In this document: one piece after another, positions 39,947 through 49,339 of the stretch
Numbering within the stretch: position 1 is the first letter of the stretch
Layout of the letters: each line of letters starts with the position of its first letter
Assembly (NCBI GenBank): GCA_965228895.1
Contig: OZ245842.1
Span: forward strand, 2,240,001-2,304,000
DNA from: Alphaproteobacteria bacterium
Lineage (GTDB): Bacteria; Pseudomonadota; Alphaproteobacteria; SP197
Reading direction: 5' to 3'
Length of the DNA stretch: 64,000 nucleotides
Program-made: the position numbers and the translations under genes
The notes under the pieces: model-generated
Databases searched by the model: none
Seen by the model: the letters and a program-made list of their open reading frames with translations, nothing else
Told to the model about the DNA's origin: nothing

Positions 39947-40846
39947 CTAGGCTCCCGTGTGTCGTTGAACAAAGATACCAATGCGGTCGATGGCCGCCAT
40001 GGCTTCCGGCAGCAACGGCACCGCGTGATGCCAGACGTGAAAGGCGCCCTCTTCGATCTCCAGCGTCGCGTCGACACCGGCGGCCTCGGCGTGATCGGCA
40101 AGCCTCGTGGCGTCACTGAGCAGGACTTCCAGGGTGCCGACTTGGATCAGGAGCGGCGGCAGGCCAGTAAGGTCGCCGAAGATGGGTGATGCCAGAGGAT
40201 CGCGCTGGTCAGCGCCGTTCATGTAGTCGGTGGCGAAGCTGATAAGTGCGGGCGCGTCACAAATGGGATCCGAAGCCGGATCGGCGTCACGCCAGGCGCC
40301 CCGTCCATCGAGATCGGTCCACGGAGAAATTGGAATGGCACAGGCCGGCTGTGGCAAACCTTCGTCGCGCAAGGCGAGTAGCAGGGCGACGGTCAGCCCG
40401 CCGCCGGCGGAATCGCCGGATACGGCAGTGCTCTTGGCGTCATACCCTTCATCGAGCAGCCAACGGTAGGCCGCGACCGCATCCTCGACGGCCGTCGGAA
40501 AGGGATGTTCGGGAGCAAGACGATAATCGAGGGCAAGCACCTTTGCCTTTGCTGCGCCGGACAGACGCGACGTCAGGCCGATGTGGGTCGATACGGAGCC
40601 AGAGACGTAGCCGCCGCCGTGCAGGTAGAGGAGCACACTGTCATCCCGGGCGGTGCTGGCGGTCTGCCATTGTGCGGGTACGCCGCCGGCCACCGTGTCC
40701 ACCGTTCTGACGCCTTTGGCGATGGGGAACATCCGGCCGAACTCTTCGTATTGGTCCCGGATCTCCGCTAGTGGCCGATCGGGCGGCGCCTTGGCCTGCT
40801 CATCGTAGAGCGCCGCGATGAACCGTTCCATCTGCTTGCTGACCAA
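39947..40846 (-). CDS. HSL-family (abhydrolase_3) esterase/lipase, tandem paralog
   Basis: 'YLHGGGY', 'DYRLAPEHPFP', 'GDSAGGGL', 'FHVWH'. Confidence 0.93.
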   Translation of the reverse strand: MVSKQMERFIAALYDEQAKAPPDRPLAEIRDQYEEFGRMFPIAKGVRTVDTVAGGVPAQWQTASTARDDSVLLYLHGGGYVSGSVSTHIGLTSRLSGAAKAKVLALDYRLAPEHPFPTAVEDAVAAYRWLLDEGYDAKSTAVSGDSAGGGLTVALLLALRDEGLPQPACAIPISPWTDLDGRGAWRDADPASDPICDAPALISFATDYMNGADQRDPLASPIFGDLTGLPPLLIQVGTLEVLLSDATRLADHAEAAGVDATLEIEEGAFHVWHHAVPLLPEAMAAIDRIGIFVQRHTGA

Positions 40847-40859
40847 GAATGTCCTCCTG

Positions 40860-41516
40860 CTATGCAGTGGCGCGCACCGCCATCATGGCAATGCCGGTCG
40901 CCGCATGAACGGGGTCGATCACCCTCACCCCAACGGCGCGTTCTAACATCGATCCATACGGCACCATGCCGGCGCAGCCAAGAATCACGACATCGGCGCC
41001 GCGATCCTTCAACCGCTGGGCAGCGGCGCCAAGTTCCTTTGCGGCGCGCCTTGTATCATCAAGTCCGGTTACGGCAATTCCGCACGCCTCAATACCGGCA
41101 AGTCGTGCGTCGAGGCCGAGTCCTCGAATCTGACGCAGGCCGGACCCAATGTCGTCTGCCATGTTGGTCAAAATGCCGTAGTGCTCGCCGAAATTGAGCG
41201 CCGTTGTCACACCGCCCTCACAGATCCCAATGACCGGCTTACGTGTGGTCTCGCGTGCAGAGGCCAGGCCCGGGTCGCCGAAACAGGCGATGACAAAGGC
41301 GTCGGCGCGTCTGTCTTCGCGTGCGATAAGATCGCATAGCGGACCGACAACCTGATCGGCGTGGCGCGCCGTTTCGATACCACGCGGTGCGTCATCCAGG
41401 GTTTCACAGCGAATTTCGGGTCCACCTGTGAATCGCAGGGTTTCCAGGTTGCGGTCCATGGCCGCGGTGACGGCGCGGTCACTGTTGGGGTTGATGACGA
41501 CAATCCGTCCGTGCAT
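40860..41516 (-). CDS. Hydantoin racemase (Asp/Glu/hydantoin racemase family)
   Basis: 'IVVINPNS', two catalytic Cys in 'IACFGDPGL' and 'ILGCAGM', 'VIDPV'. ATG at 41516. Confidence 0.9.
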   Translation of the reverse strand: MHGRIVVINPNSDRAVTAAMDRNLETLRFTGGPEIRCETLDDAPRGIETARHADQVVGPLCDLIAREDRRADAFVIACFGDPGLASARETTRKPVIGICEGGVTTALNFGEHYGILTNMADDIGSGLRQIRGLGLDARLAGIEACGIAVTGLDDTRRAAKELGAAAQRLKDRGADVVILGCAGMVPYGSMLERAVGVRVIDPVHAATGIAMMAVRATA

Positions 41517-41603
41517 GGCGGCCTCCCCGTCCCCGGCCTTCTCGACGCGTGCCGGAGTATGCCACGATGCCCGGGCGGGAACAGCCAGGCCGAGGAGAAT
41601 GAC

Positions 41604-42545
41604 ATGGCGCGGATGATGAAGGTGGCGGCGGCACAAATGGGGCCGGTTGCGCGTGAGGATACGCGCCAGCAGGTCGTTGCCCGTCTTCTTGAGATGATGC
41701 GCGAAGCCGCCGGCTGGGGCGCCGATGTGGTCGTGTTCTCGGAACTGGCGCTGACCACGTTCTTCCCGCGTTGGGTGATCGAGGACGAGGACGAAACCGA
41801 TCGTTGGTATGAACGCGATATGCCGAGCGCGGCGACCCAGCCGCTGTTTGATGAAGCAGCCAAGCTGGGCATTGGCTTTCACCTTGGCTTCGCCGAACTG
41901 GCCTTTGACGACGACGGCACCAAACATCGTTTCAACACGTCGATCCTGGTCGACAAGGCCGGTGCCATCGTTGGCAAATTCCGCAAGGTCCACATTCCCG
42001 GACATGCCGAGGCCAAAGACCGGCCGGGTCAGCATCTGGAGAAACGCTACTTCGAGGTCGGCGACCTCGGCTTTCCGGTCTACCGCGCCTTCGGCGGCAT
42101 CATTGGCATGTGCATATGCAACGACCGGCGCTGGCCCGAGACCTGGAGGGTCATGGGATTGCAAGGCGTCGAAATGGTGTTCTGCGGCTACAACTCCCCG
42201 GTCGGCCTGGGCGACACCTTTGATCTCGACGCGCTCGAGCCGTTCCACAACCACCTGGTCTTCCAGTCAGGCTGTTATCAGAACGCGACCTGGGCGGTCG
42301 GCGTCGCCAAGTGCGGCAACGAAGAAGGTTTCAACATGATCGGCCAGAGTTGCATCGTCGCCCCGTCGGGCGAAATCGTGGCGCAATGCGGGTCGATCGA
42401 GGACGAGGTGATCGTGCACAAATGCGACCTGGATGCGGCCCGCGCCTACAAGGACGACATCTTCAATTTCGCACGGCACCGCCAGCCGCAGCACTATCGC
42501 CTGATCGTCGAACGCACCGGCGCGGAGCCGCCGCCGGAGACTTAG
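41604..42545 (+). CDS. N-carbamoyl-D-amino-acid amidohydrolase (D-carbamoylase, nitrilase fold)
   Basis: 'FSELALTTFFPRW' (Glu), 'FRKVHIPGH' (Lys), 'QHLEKRYF', 'MCICNDRRWPE' (Cys), 'FNFARHRQP': the Agrobacterium-type D-carbamoylase signatures. Confidence 0.93.
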   Translation: MARMMKVAAAQMGPVAREDTRQQVVARLLEMMREAAGWGADVVVFSELALTTFFPRWVIEDEDETDRWYERDMPSAATQPLFDEAAKLGIGFHLGFAELAFDDDGTKHRFNTSILVDKAGAIVGKFRKVHIPGHAEAKDRPGQHLEKRYFEVGDLGFPVYRAFGGIIGMCICNDRRWPETWRVMGLQGVEMVFCGYNSPVGLGDTFDLDALEPFHNHLVFQSGCYQNATWAVGVAKCGNEEGFNMIGQSCIVAPSGEIVAQCGSIEDEVIVHKCDLDAARAYKDDIFNFARHRQPQHYRLIVERTGAEPPPET

Positions 42546-43978
42546 TCCTCCTCACCCCGCCACAGGTCTGCCGGCGTCTCGGCGCGGCGGATGGTCTTGA
42601 CCGAACCGTTTTCGCAAACCATCACCGCGCCCGGACGCGGGCGCCCGCAATAATGGTTGGCGAGCTCCAGTTGATAAGCGCCGGTATCGAGGATGGCGAC
42701 GAGGTCGCCGCTGGTCGTCGCGGCCGGCAGTTCGCGGTAGCCCGGCATGTGAACGAGCTTGTTTTCGAGCAAGTCGCGGTCTTCCGCCCAACCCGGCCGT
42801 GCGTCGACCAGAGCCTGGACCTTGGCCTCGCCCTCCATGTCGAAATAGACATCAATGGAGTCACAAAGAGGTCCGACGACGCGGAATTGGTCGGTCTCCG
42901 TATCGTCGGTCCGGTTGGCCGTTACCATGTGGAAGTACCAGCCGAAGGCCGATTCCGGGATGATGTTGTAGCCGGCGTCCAGGTAGAGCCACGTTGTGCC
43001 GTCGCGCCGCTTCAGGCCCTCGACCCGCGTCAACAGCAGCGCGCTGTCGCTGGTCATGGCGCGTCCCGGCTCGGTCAGGATTTCGATGCCGGAACCGAGC
43101 TTGTCTTCCAGGACCGGCACGACCTTCGCCGCCACATCGCTTGGCTCGAGGGCGCTGTGGAAGTAGCCGATGTCCGGCGACTGGTCGTTGTACTTGACGT
43201 AGCTGATCGGAAAACCGCCGCCGACGTTGACGTGCCGGAAATCGTCGCCGAAGCGTGCCTTGATAGCCGCCGCCTTCTCAGCCACCACCTCGGCTGCAGC
43301 GACGTAGAGGCCGAGATCGGTCATCTGGGATCCGATATGGACGTGCAGGCCGGCAAGCGCGATCTCGCCTGGTTGCGCCTCGGCGATTTCCAGGCAACGC
43401 GCGATCTCGTCTTCGACCATGCCGAATTTGGAGCGCGTCGAGCCGGTCTCGATACCCGCCGTCGAGCCGCCTTCGACATGGGGCACGGCGCGTAGCGCGA
43501 TGTTCGCACGCACGCCCCGCGCACGTGCGACATCGACGATACGCTCGAGTTCGTGGACTGAATCCACGTTGATCGCTTTGATCGGTGGGTCGAGGGCGTC
43601 CTCGATCTCTTGTTTCGATTTGGCAACGCCGTTGAACACCATGCGGTCGGCGCCCAGGCCGGCGTGTTTGGCCTTGGCGATTTCACCGCCGGAATTGACC
43701 TCTATCGCCACCCCCTCCTCGGCCATCAGCCGGAGCACGGTCAGATTGGCGCAGGCTTTGCTCGCGAAACACACGCTCGCGTTTTCGTGGTGGTCGCGGA
43801 AGGCCGCGGTCAGCCGTCTGGCGTTCCGGCGCAACCGTTGTTCGGAATAGGCAAACACCGGCGAGCCCTGTTCCTCTGCGATCCCCACAAGATCGACGCC
43901 GTCCATATGAAGGTGACCGTCACGATCCTCCAAAAAGCCCGGTTCCGACCACGGGTTCAGGTGGAATGCGTCTTTCAT
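42542..43978 (-). CDS. Fold-III PLP-dependent amino-acid decarboxylase (diaminopimelate / D-ornithine decarboxylase-like)
   Basis: 'FASKAC' (PLP Lys), 'HVHIGSQ', 'NVGGGF', 'EPGR', 'GPLCDSID', 'DTGAY'. SD AGGGAGG precedes ATG 43978. Confidence 0.88.
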   Translation of the reverse strand: MKDAFHLNPWSEPGFLEDRDGHLHMDGVDLVGIAEEQGSPVFAYSEQRLRRNARRLTAAFRDHHENASVCFASKACANLTVLRLMAEEGVAIEVNSGGEIAKAKHAGLGADRMVFNGVAKSKQEIEDALDPPIKAINVDSVHELERIVDVARARGVRANIALRAVPHVEGGSTAGIETGSTRSKFGMVEDEIARCLEIAEAQPGEIALAGLHVHIGSQMTDLGLYVAAAEVVAEKAAAIKARFGDDFRHVNVGGGFPISYVKYNDQSPDIGYFHSALEPSDVAAKVVPVLEDKLGSGIEILTEPGRAMTSDSALLLTRVEGLKRRDGTTWLYLDAGYNIIPESAFGWYFHMVTANRTDDTETDQFRVVGPLCDSIDVYFDMEGEAKVQALVDARPGWAEDRDLLENKLVHMPGYRELPAATTSGDLVAILDTGAYQLELANHYCGRPRPGAVMVCENGSVKTIRRAETPADLWRGEED

Positions 43979-44040
43979 CGTCGGCCTCCCTTCGGCGTCT
44001 ACACCGGACATGGTAGGTATGGCATGGCGGGAGGAGCCGG

Positions 44041-45473
44041 ATGGCTGATTTTGATCTGATCGTCAAGGACGGGACCGTGGTGACGGCCAGCGACACCTAT
44101 GCCGGCGATATCGGCGTGCGTGACGGTCGCATCGTCGCGCTGGCCGAAAACCTTCCCTCATCACGGGCCGAGACGGTGGTCGATGCGTCAGGCAAACTCG
44201 TTCTGCCCGGCGGTATCGAGGCACATTGCCATATCGACGAGCCCAGTTTTGGCGGCGCTGTGCTGGCTGACGACTTTGCTTCGGGTTCCGTGGCTGCAGC
44301 CTGTGGTGGGACGACGACCTTCATTCCCTTCGCGACCCAGGTGCCGGGCCAGACGTTGCGTCAGGCTGTCGACGACTATCACGCCAAGGCCGAAGGCCAA
44401 TCGCTGATCGACTATAGCTTCCACATGATCGTCTCGGACCCAACGGATCAGGTCCTGGGTCAAGAACTTCCCGGTCTGCTGCATGACGGCTACACCTCCT
44501 TCAAGGTCTTCATGACCTATGATGACTTTTGCCTGGATGACGGCGAAATCCTGAATGTCCTGGCAACCGCGAAGCGTCACGATGGTTTTGTCATGGTGCA
44601 TGCGGAAAACGATCACTGCATACGTTGGCTCGCCGAGCAGCTTGAGCGGGCCGGTCAGACGGAGCCGGCATCGTTTTCCATCGCCCACGGACCGGTCGCC
44701 GAGCGCGAAGCGACGCACCGCGCCATCAGCTTGGCGGAGATCGTCGATACACCTGTCTTCATCGTTCATGTCTCGTCAGCTCAAGCGATGGAGCAGATCG
44801 CCTGGGCGCAGGCGCGCGGTTTGCCCGTCTACGCGGAGACCTGTCCGCAATACTTTTTCTGTCCGACCAGGACTTCAAGCGGGAGGGCTGGGAAGGTGCG
44901 AAGTATCTATGTGCGCCGCCGCCGCGCGATCCCGGTAATCCCGATCGGCTATGGCGGGGTTTGAAAAACGGCACCTTCCAATTGATTTCGTCGGACCATT
45001 GCCCCTACCGGATGGAAGGACCGGGCGGCCGCATCGAGTCCGCGGGCGAACTCCATTTCCACAAGATCAGTCCGGGCGTTCCGGGCATCGAACTGCGTCT
45101 GCCACTGATGTTTTCCGAAGGCGTGACCAAAGGCCGCATCGATCTCAACCGCTTCGTTGCGCTGACCGCGACCGATGCCGCCAAACTCTATGGGCTCTAT
45201 CCCCAGAAGGGCACCATTGCCGTCGGCAGCGACGCCGATCTGGTGCTTTGGGACCCCGAGCGGCGCACCACCATTCGCCACGAGATGCTCCATGAAGGCG
45301 CGGACTATACGCCCTATGAGGGTTTTGAGCTGACGGGATGGCCGGTTCTGACGCTGTCGCGCGGCGAGACCGTATGGCAGGACGGGCAGGTCCATGGCAA
45401 ACGTGGTCGCGGTCGGTTTCTAAGGCGCGGCAGGTCGGCCGCAATCGGGCGGAGTCAGCCCTGCTCGACCTGA
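44041..45473 (+). pseudogene. hydA: Dihydropyrimidinase/D-hydantoinase split by a 1-nt frameshift at about 44854-44858
   Basis: N-terminal part has 'PGGIEAHCH', 'SFKVFMTY', 'MVHAEN', 'IVHVSS', 'AETCPQY'. The -1 frame continues 'LSDQDF..EGAKYLCAPPPR...SSDHCPY...PGIELRLPL...KGTIAVGSDADLV...DYTPYEG'. Confidence 0.9.
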
Positions 45474-45530
45474 CGTCCCAAACTGCTAGCATGTCGCCGG
45501 GCGCAGACGGGGAACAGTTGGAGTTTTGAC

Positions 45531-46268
45531 GTGAGGATGGCGTTTAAGCGGTTGTTACCGCTAGGTGCGTGTCTGGCGTTGGCGGGAACCGCACAGGCAC
45601 AAGGGCTTGAAGGTATTGGCAACGTTGATCTGGTGGAGGTCTGGGCCTACGGCACGCCGCCGGGCGGCGAGCGCGATTCCATCTTTCGCGGTCATCAAGT
45701 CTATACCGACCAAACCATCGAAACGGTGTCGAGGGCTTATGTGCACATGACCTTTGTCGATGGTACGACGCTGGCGATTGGCGAGAGCACGATCTTGGTT
45801 CTCGATGATTTCGTCTACGATCCCAATGCTCCCGATAGCTTGGTCGCTGATTTCACCGGCGGTCTCTATCACCTGATTTCCGGCGACATCGACAAACAGG
45901 CGGTCCTGATCCGAACACCTGGGCTCGCGATCGGCTTGCGCGGGACGGACATCGTCGTGCAAGTCGGCGAAGACGGCACGACCGATCTGGCGGTCCTGGA
46001 CGGCACGGCCACGGCGACACCGACTGCCGGCGGCGACACGGTCGAGGTCAATGCCGGCCAGACGGCGACGGGCAAACCCGGCGATCCTACGGTTGTTCTG
46101 ACCAACGGCTTGCCGGCCTTCGCCACCACCGACTTACCGACCGGCACAAGAGGCACCCGAAATCTGGGCGGCGCTGCTGGCGATGGGCGTACCGGCGTTG
46201 GTGGCGATGGAGACAGCAGCAGTGGCGGCGACTCGAGCAGCGGGTCCAGCAGTGGAGGCATAAACTGA
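45531..46268 (+). CDS. Secreted FecR-domain protein with Gly/Ser-rich tail
   Basis: Signal peptide 'LALAGTAQA'; 'FVDGTTLAIGESTILVLDDFVYDP', 'IRTPGLAIGLRGT', 'VLDG'. Confidence 0.82.
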   Translation: MRMAFKRLLPLGACLALAGTAQAQGLEGIGNVDLVEVWAYGTPPGGERDSIFRGHQVYTDQTIETVSRAYVHMTFVDGTTLAIGESTILVLDDFVYDPNAPDSLVADFTGGLYHLISGDIDKQAVLIRTPGLAIGLRGTDIVVQVGEDGTTDLAVLDGTATATPTAGGDTVEVNAGQTATGKPGDPTVVLTNGLPAFATTDLPTGTRGTRNLGGAAGDGRTGVGGDGDSSSGGDSSSGSSSGGIN

Positions 46269-46299
46269 GACGTTTGCTCTTGATGCGCGGACGTTACCC

Positions 46300-47094
46300 A
46301 TGGCGATGACCATCACCCGGTGGGTCGACATGGCGACGATCGACTTCGCGACGCTTGACCCCGCGCGCACGATAGCCTTGTTGCCCGTCGGCGCTGTTGA
46401 GCAGCACGGCCCTCACCTGCCGCTTGGAACCGACACCATGATCGCCGACGGTATCGTGGCGCGGACGCTTGATGTCGTTGACGGCGACATCACCGTCCTG
46501 GTCCTGCCGACACAATCCATTGGCGATAGCCTGGAGCACGCCGACTTCCCGGGTACGCTGAGCCATATGGCGGAGACCTTGATCGCATCGTGGCTGGAAC
46601 TAGGTCGCTCGGTCCATGCTGCGGGTTTGCGCAAGATGATGATCTTCAACGCGCATGGCGGCCAACCTCAGATCGTTGATATCGTCGCCAAGCGCCTGCG
46701 TGTCGAACTGGACATGCTGGTCGGGCGTGCGACGTATTTCTCGTTCGGTTGCCCAGACGGTCTGATCGACCCGGACGAGTTCGCCTTCGGGATTCATGGC
46801 GGTGATCTCGAAACGTCCATGATGCTTCATCTGCACCCGGACTTGGTGCGGCGAGACAACATGGCTGACTTCGAGAACCGCATGCGCACCATCGCCCCCA
46901 CGATGCACCGCATGGGGCGCGGCGGACGCACCGGTATTGGCTGGAAGGCGAGCGATCTCAATCAGGCGGGTGCCGTCGGCAATGCCGACGCCGCGACGGC
47001 GGAGAAAGGCCGGGCCTTGGTCGAGCACTTTGCTGATGAATTGGCGCTTCGGCTTGCCGATCTCGCAGCTTTCGATTTGGCAGACCTGCGGTGA
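46300..47094 (+). CDS. Creatininase / creatinine amidohydrolase family protein
   Basis: 'LPVGAVEQHGPHLPLGTD', 'SLEHADFPGTLS', 'NAHGGQ', 'HGGDLETS', 'ATAEKG'. Confidence 0.92.
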   Translation: MAMTITRWVDMATIDFATLDPARTIALLPVGAVEQHGPHLPLGTDTMIADGIVARTLDVVDGDITVLVLPTQSIGDSLEHADFPGTLSHMAETLIASWLELGRSVHAAGLRKMMIFNAHGGQPQIVDIVAKRLRVELDMLVGRATYFSFGCPDGLIDPDEFAFGIHGGDLETSMMLHLHPDLVRRDNMADFENRMRTIAPTMHRMGRGGRTGIGWKASDLNQAGAVGNADAATAEKGRALVEHFADELALRLADLAAFDLADLR

Positions 47095-47101
47095 CTGGCA
47101 G

Positions 47102-48403
47102 ATGTCATACGGCCAGCGTGGTGAGCTGGGTGTGAAGATCGCGATCATCGGCGGCGGTATTGGCGGGCTGACGGCGGCGTTGGCCCTGCACAAGGCTGGT
47201 TTTCGCCCGACCGTTTATGAGTCGGTGGGCGATATCCGCGCGTTGGGCGTCGGTATCAACCTGCTGCCCCATGCCGTTCGGGTGTTGAGCGATCTTGGTC
47301 TTCAGCGCGACCTCGCGGCGACCGGCATCGCGACGCGAGAACTGCTCTATTTCAACAAGTTCGGCCAGAAGATCTGGCAGGAGGATCGCGGCCTTGATGC
47401 CGGTTATCCGTGGCCGCAATACTCGATCCTGCGCGGTGCCGTGCAGTACCTGTTGCTGGAGGCCGTGACGATCCGTCTTGGCGCCGACTGCTTGAAGACG
47501 GCTCACCATTTGGTGGGCCTCGACAACACCGGCGACACCGTCAAACTCAGTTTTACGGACGGGCGCGGCGGGTCGTTGGTTACCGGGGAGACCGCCGATC
47601 TCGTGATCGGCGCCGACGGTATTCACTCCGAGGTACGGCGGCACTTCTATCCCGGCGAGGGACCACCGATTTGGAACGGCGCGATTCTGTGGCGTGGCGT
47701 GACGGAGAGCGCGCCGTTTCTGACCGGCCGCTCTCTGTTCATGGCCGGTCACGTGAATCAGAAGTTCGTCTGCTATCCTGTCTCGCGGGATCATTACGAT
47801 CGCGGGCGGTCGCTGACAAACTGGGTCGCGGAGCTGCGTGTCGATCCTGGCGCGGGTTACAGGCGCGAAGACTGGAACCGGGAAGCCGATTGGGACGATT
47901 TCCTGCCGGCGTTTGAAGGCTGGCGCTTTGATTGGCTGGATATCCCGCATTTGATTTCAAGCGCCCAGACCGTCTACGAATATCCGATGGTCGACCGCGA
48001 CCCCGTTGAACGCTGGACGTTTGGGCGGGTGACGCTGCTGGGGGACGCGGCGCATCCCATGTATCCTATCGGCTCCAATGGTGCGTCCCAGGCCATTCTC
48101 GATGCGGAGACTCTGGCCCATGCGTTGCGGGACAAGCCTGACCCGGCGGAGGCGCTGGCGCACTACGAAGAGACACGCCTGGAGGCGACCGCTGAGATCG
48201 TTCGAAGCAATCGCCAGAACGGACCCGATCAGGTCATGCAGATTGTTGAAGAGCGCGCGCCCAACGGATTCGACAATCTGGTTGACGTGATCAGCCAGCG
48301 CGAGCTGCAGGAGATCGCCGATCGTTACAAGCAGGTCGCAGGTTTTGACAAGGCGCGCATGATCGAGGCCGCGCTAAAACCGGACACGTCCGCCGAAGCG
48401 TGA
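47102..48403 (+). CDS. Group A flavin-dependent monooxygenase (salicylate hydroxylase / PhzS-like)
   Basis: 'IGGGIGGL', 'LGVGINLLPHAVR', 'IGADGIHS', 'LLGDAAHPMYPIGSNGASQAILDA'. Start is 47102 or GTG 47132. Confidence 0.9.
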   Translation: MSYGQRGELGVKIAIIGGGIGGLTAALALHKAGFRPTVYESVGDIRALGVGINLLPHAVRVLSDLGLQRDLAATGIATRELLYFNKFGQKIWQEDRGLDAGYPWPQYSILRGAVQYLLLEAVTIRLGADCLKTAHHLVGLDNTGDTVKLSFTDGRGGSLVTGETADLVIGADGIHSEVRRHFYPGEGPPIWNGAILWRGVTESAPFLTGRSLFMAGHVNQKFVCYPVSRDHYDRGRSLTNWVAELRVDPGAGYRREDWNREADWDDFLPAFEGWRFDWLDIPHLISSAQTVYEYPMVDRDPVERWTFGRVTLLGDAAHPMYPIGSNGASQAILDAETLAHALRDKPDPAEALAHYEETRLEATAEIVRSNRQNGPDQVMQIVEERAPNGFDNLVDVISQRELQEIADRYKQVAGFDKARMIEAALKPDTSAEA

Positions 48404-48427
48404 GGACAGGTCGATGACCAACGGAGC

Positions 48428-49339
48428 TTGCGCGTGAATCGGGGCCTAGCGGAGTCATCCGTTGCGCATGTGATCGCTGCCGACGACGGTGCGGAGCTGA
48501 TCGCACGCCGTCTGGGCAATCCGGATGGACCGCGCGTTCTTGTCAGCCATGGCGTTGGTTTTGCCGTCGATGGTTTTGCGCCCATGTGGTGCCACCTGGA
48601 ATCGGACTGTGACCTGATTCTGGTGGATCTGCGCGGTCACGGTCGCAATCCCCCAGTGGCGCCGGAGAGCGTCAGGGGACCGCAGATCATCAGTGACATG
48701 AAGGCGGCTCTTCGTGGCATCCAGAACGAATGGGGTGAAAAATCCCTATGGGGCTTGCTTCATTCCTATTCAGGCCTGACGGCGCTGCGCCTTGAATCGA
48801 CCGAGCCCGGTTGGTTCGCCGGTCTCATCTTGATGGAGCCACCGGCCATGCCGCCGCCGGACCATCCAGCGTTTCCCGGTTTCGACAAAGGACGTCTGGC
48901 CCTCGCCGAACGTAGTCTGAAACGTCAGGCCGTGTTCACGTCAATCGACGACTTGGTGGCGAAGTACACCAGCCGCGACCAGTTCTCACGCTTTGCGCCC
49001 GGGGCAGCGCGGGCTTTGGCCGAATCGCTTCTGGTGCCTGATGACGACGGCTGGCGTCTTGCCTGTTCGCCTGAGGTCGAGGCGCGCTTCTACGCAACCA
49101 ACGAAGACGACGGTCTGTGGCAGCGTCTGCATCACGTCACATGTCCGGTCATGGTGCTGGCTGGTGGTGACGACATGCGCGATGGCGTACCGCCTGCCCT
49201 CACCGCCCGCGATCTGGCTCGGATCGGTGGCTTCGACCTCGTCGAAGTCGCCGGCACGACGCACATGATGGTGCTTGAGCGGCCGCGCTTCGTGGCCAAG
49301 CTGGCACGCACGTTCATCTCGGCCGATCAACCTGGTTGA
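48428..49339 (+). CDS. Alpha/beta-fold hydrolase
   Basis: 'SHGVGF', 'DLRGHG', nucleophile elbow 'HSYSG', C-terminal 'THMMVLERP'. Confidence 0.85.
   Translation: MRVNRGLAESSVAHVIAADDGAELIARRLGNPDGPRVLVSHGVGFAVDGFAPMWCHLESDCDLILVDLRGHGRNPPVAPESVRGPQIISDMKAALRGIQNEWGEKSLWGLLHSYSGLTALRLESTEPGWFAGLILMEPPAMPPPDHPAFPGFDKGRLALAERSLKRQAVFTSIDDLVAKYTSRDQFSRFAPGAARALAESLLVPDDDGWRLACSPEVEARFYATNEDDGLWQRLHHVTCPVMVLAGGDDMRDGVPPALTARDLARIGGFDLVEVAGTTHMMVLERPRFVAKLARTFISADQPG

Noticed and set aside
40860-42254. 464-aa version of the racemase ORF suggesting a fusion protein
   Set aside because: The first 246 codons are antisense to the D-carbamoylase; the racemase motifs begin at ATG 41516.
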